Assembly (NCBI GenBank): GCA_963719985.1
Contig: CAVRDU010000005.1
Location: 578,817 to 642,816, forward strand
Origin: Candidatus Aminicenantes bacterium
GTDB taxonomy: Bacteria; Acidobacteriota; Aminicenantia; Aminicenantales; Saccharicenantaceae
Length of the DNA: 64,000 nucleotides
Reading direction: 5' to 3'
Positions 63,025-64,000 of the stretch are shown piece after piece; the stretch's first letter is position 1, and each line of letters opens with the position of its first letter. A program made the position numbers and the translations under genes. The notes under the pieces are model-generated. The model did not search any database, was not told the DNA's origin, and saw only the letters and a list, made by a program, of their open reading frames with translations.

Positions 63025-63220
63025 GGGGACCGCACCTCTCTAGGGAAATCCCGGGTCCGGAAGGCGGTCGAAGCGAGACCGGCCGCGACAGACCTGTCCA
63101 CCGCCTTCATTTTCCCCTGTCATACGTCATCAGACCTCGTTCTCGACTCGGCCTGGTCGTTACGTTTGGGCGCACTATACCATCGGGCCCGAATCCCTGT
63201 CAACGATTTTTGGCCGGCGG

Positions 63221-64000
63221 TTATCGAGCTCTGACGAGCAAGATGAAGGCGGCGGCCAGGGCCAGGGCGAGGGAGCCGGCGACGATCTTCCAGAGAGGGG
63301 CCCGCCGCCGCTTCTCGTCCTCACGGATCTCCATGACCGAGCCCAGGAGGAAGCCCGCGGCGAAGCCGCCGGCGTGGGCGAAGTTGTCGGCCCGGACGAA
63401 GAGCCCGAAGACGAAAGCGTAGAGGGCCCAGCGGAGCATGAAGGCCCGGATGTCCCGGCCCCGGGCGCTCCCCTCGCGGCGGTAGTAGGCGACGGCGAAC
63501 CCGATCAGGCCGAAGATGGCCCCCGAGGCGCCGGCCGAGACGACCCGCGCGTGGAGAAGATAGGAGGCCGCCGATCCGCCCAGCCCCGAGAGCATGAACA
63601 ACGAAAAATACCGGGCCGAGCCGATCTCGGCCTCGAGGAAGCTCGAGACGCTGAGAAGGGCGTAGAGGTTGAAGAGGACGTGGATGACCCCGATGTGGAC
63701 GAAGACGCACGTCAGGAGCCTCCACCACTCCCCCGCGGCCACGAGGCGCGTTTCCAGGGCGCCGGCCCGTACGAGCGACTCGAGGCCCGGAGAGAGGAGC
63801 GCCCTTCCGCCCGAGGACGTCACCTGGAGGAGGAAGCCGATCCCGATGAGGGCGGTGAGCAGGGCGGTCACCGGGGAGACGCCGGGCATGATCAGGCCGA
63901 AGACCCTGTAGAGGAACTGCCCCGCCGCGGACGGCAGCCGGGCCCCGCAGATGGCGCACCGCTTATCGCCGGCCCCGGCCAGGGCGCCGCATTTCCGGCA
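63221..64000 (-). CDS. Rhomboid family intramembrane serine protease with N-terminal zinc-ribbon; 5' end beyond window
   Basis: GASGAIFG (GxSG) and AHAGG (His) motifs with multiple TM helices. The in-frame upstream sequence CRKCGALAGAGDKRCAICGARL continues to the window edge. Confidence 0.75.
   Translation of the reverse strand, partial: CRKCGALAGAGDKRCAICGARLPSAAGQFLYRVFGLIMPGVSPVTALLTALIGIGFLLQVTSSGGRALLSPGLESLVRAGALETRLVAAGEWWRLLTCVFVHIGVIHVLFNLYALLSVSSFLEAEIGSARYFSLFMLSGLGGSAASYLLHARVVSAGASGAIFGLIGFAVAYYRREGSARGRDIRAFMLRWALYAFVFGLFVRADNFAHAGGFAAGFLLGSVMEIREDEKRRRAPLWKIVAGSLALALAAAFILLVRAR

Overview
This is a 64 kb window of very GC-rich (~70%) bacterial chromosome, most likely from an environmental long-read or MAG assembly. 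It is densely packed with about 48 protein-coding genes; I found no rRNA, tRNA, CRISPR array or obvious transposase. Most ORFs in the six-frame track longer than about 300 aa that run antisense to these genes are GC-driven artefacts. A recurring problem is that many genes are split across reading frames by single-base indels, roughly 25 in 64 kb. Each flanking fragment keeps clean homology, so these look like assembly indel errors rather than pseudogenes.

Content from 5' to 3':
- Housekeeping and transport genes: a URO-D-family protein, a POT peptide transporter, a HerA-like ATPase, a PlsC-like acyltransferase, isoaspartyl dipeptidase and a frameshifted NhaC antiporter.
- A sigma-54 activator with a GAF domain, an adjacent secreted hypothetical protein and a zinc-ribbon protein.
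- A HicA/HicB toxin-antitoxin pair in which HicB carries a ~110 aa N-terminal extension.
- A GH29 alpha-L-fucosidase, an S9 peptidase and a thioredoxin-domain (DUF255) protein.
- A periplasmic sugar-modifying island: three TAT-signal Gfo/Idh/MocA oxidoreductases plus one cytoplasmic paralog, two xylose-isomerase-like TIM-barrel proteins, a HEAT-repeat protein and a beta-propeller protein.
- A pbpC/alpha-2-macroglobulin (thioester CLEQ) operon.
- An argR-argG-argH operon whose sigma70-like promoter overlaps an ARG box.
- A fourth TAT Gfo/Idh/MocA gene whose stop overlaps the start of a 7-heme c-type cytochrome, followed by a small membrane protein.
- MscS, an S41 peptidase, a beta-lactamase-family hydrolase and a TetR regulator.
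- A roughly 10 kb minus-strand redox operon that is the most interesting feature. It encodes a Cys-rich protein, a DRTGG protein, a NuoG/SfrA-like MopB subunit with Glu at the catalytic Cys/Sec position, NfnA-like and GltD/SfrB-like subunits, a second DRTGG protein, a histidine-kinase-like ATPase, a HydS-like degenerate [FeFe]-hydrogenase, NuoE-like and NuoF/HndC-like subunits.
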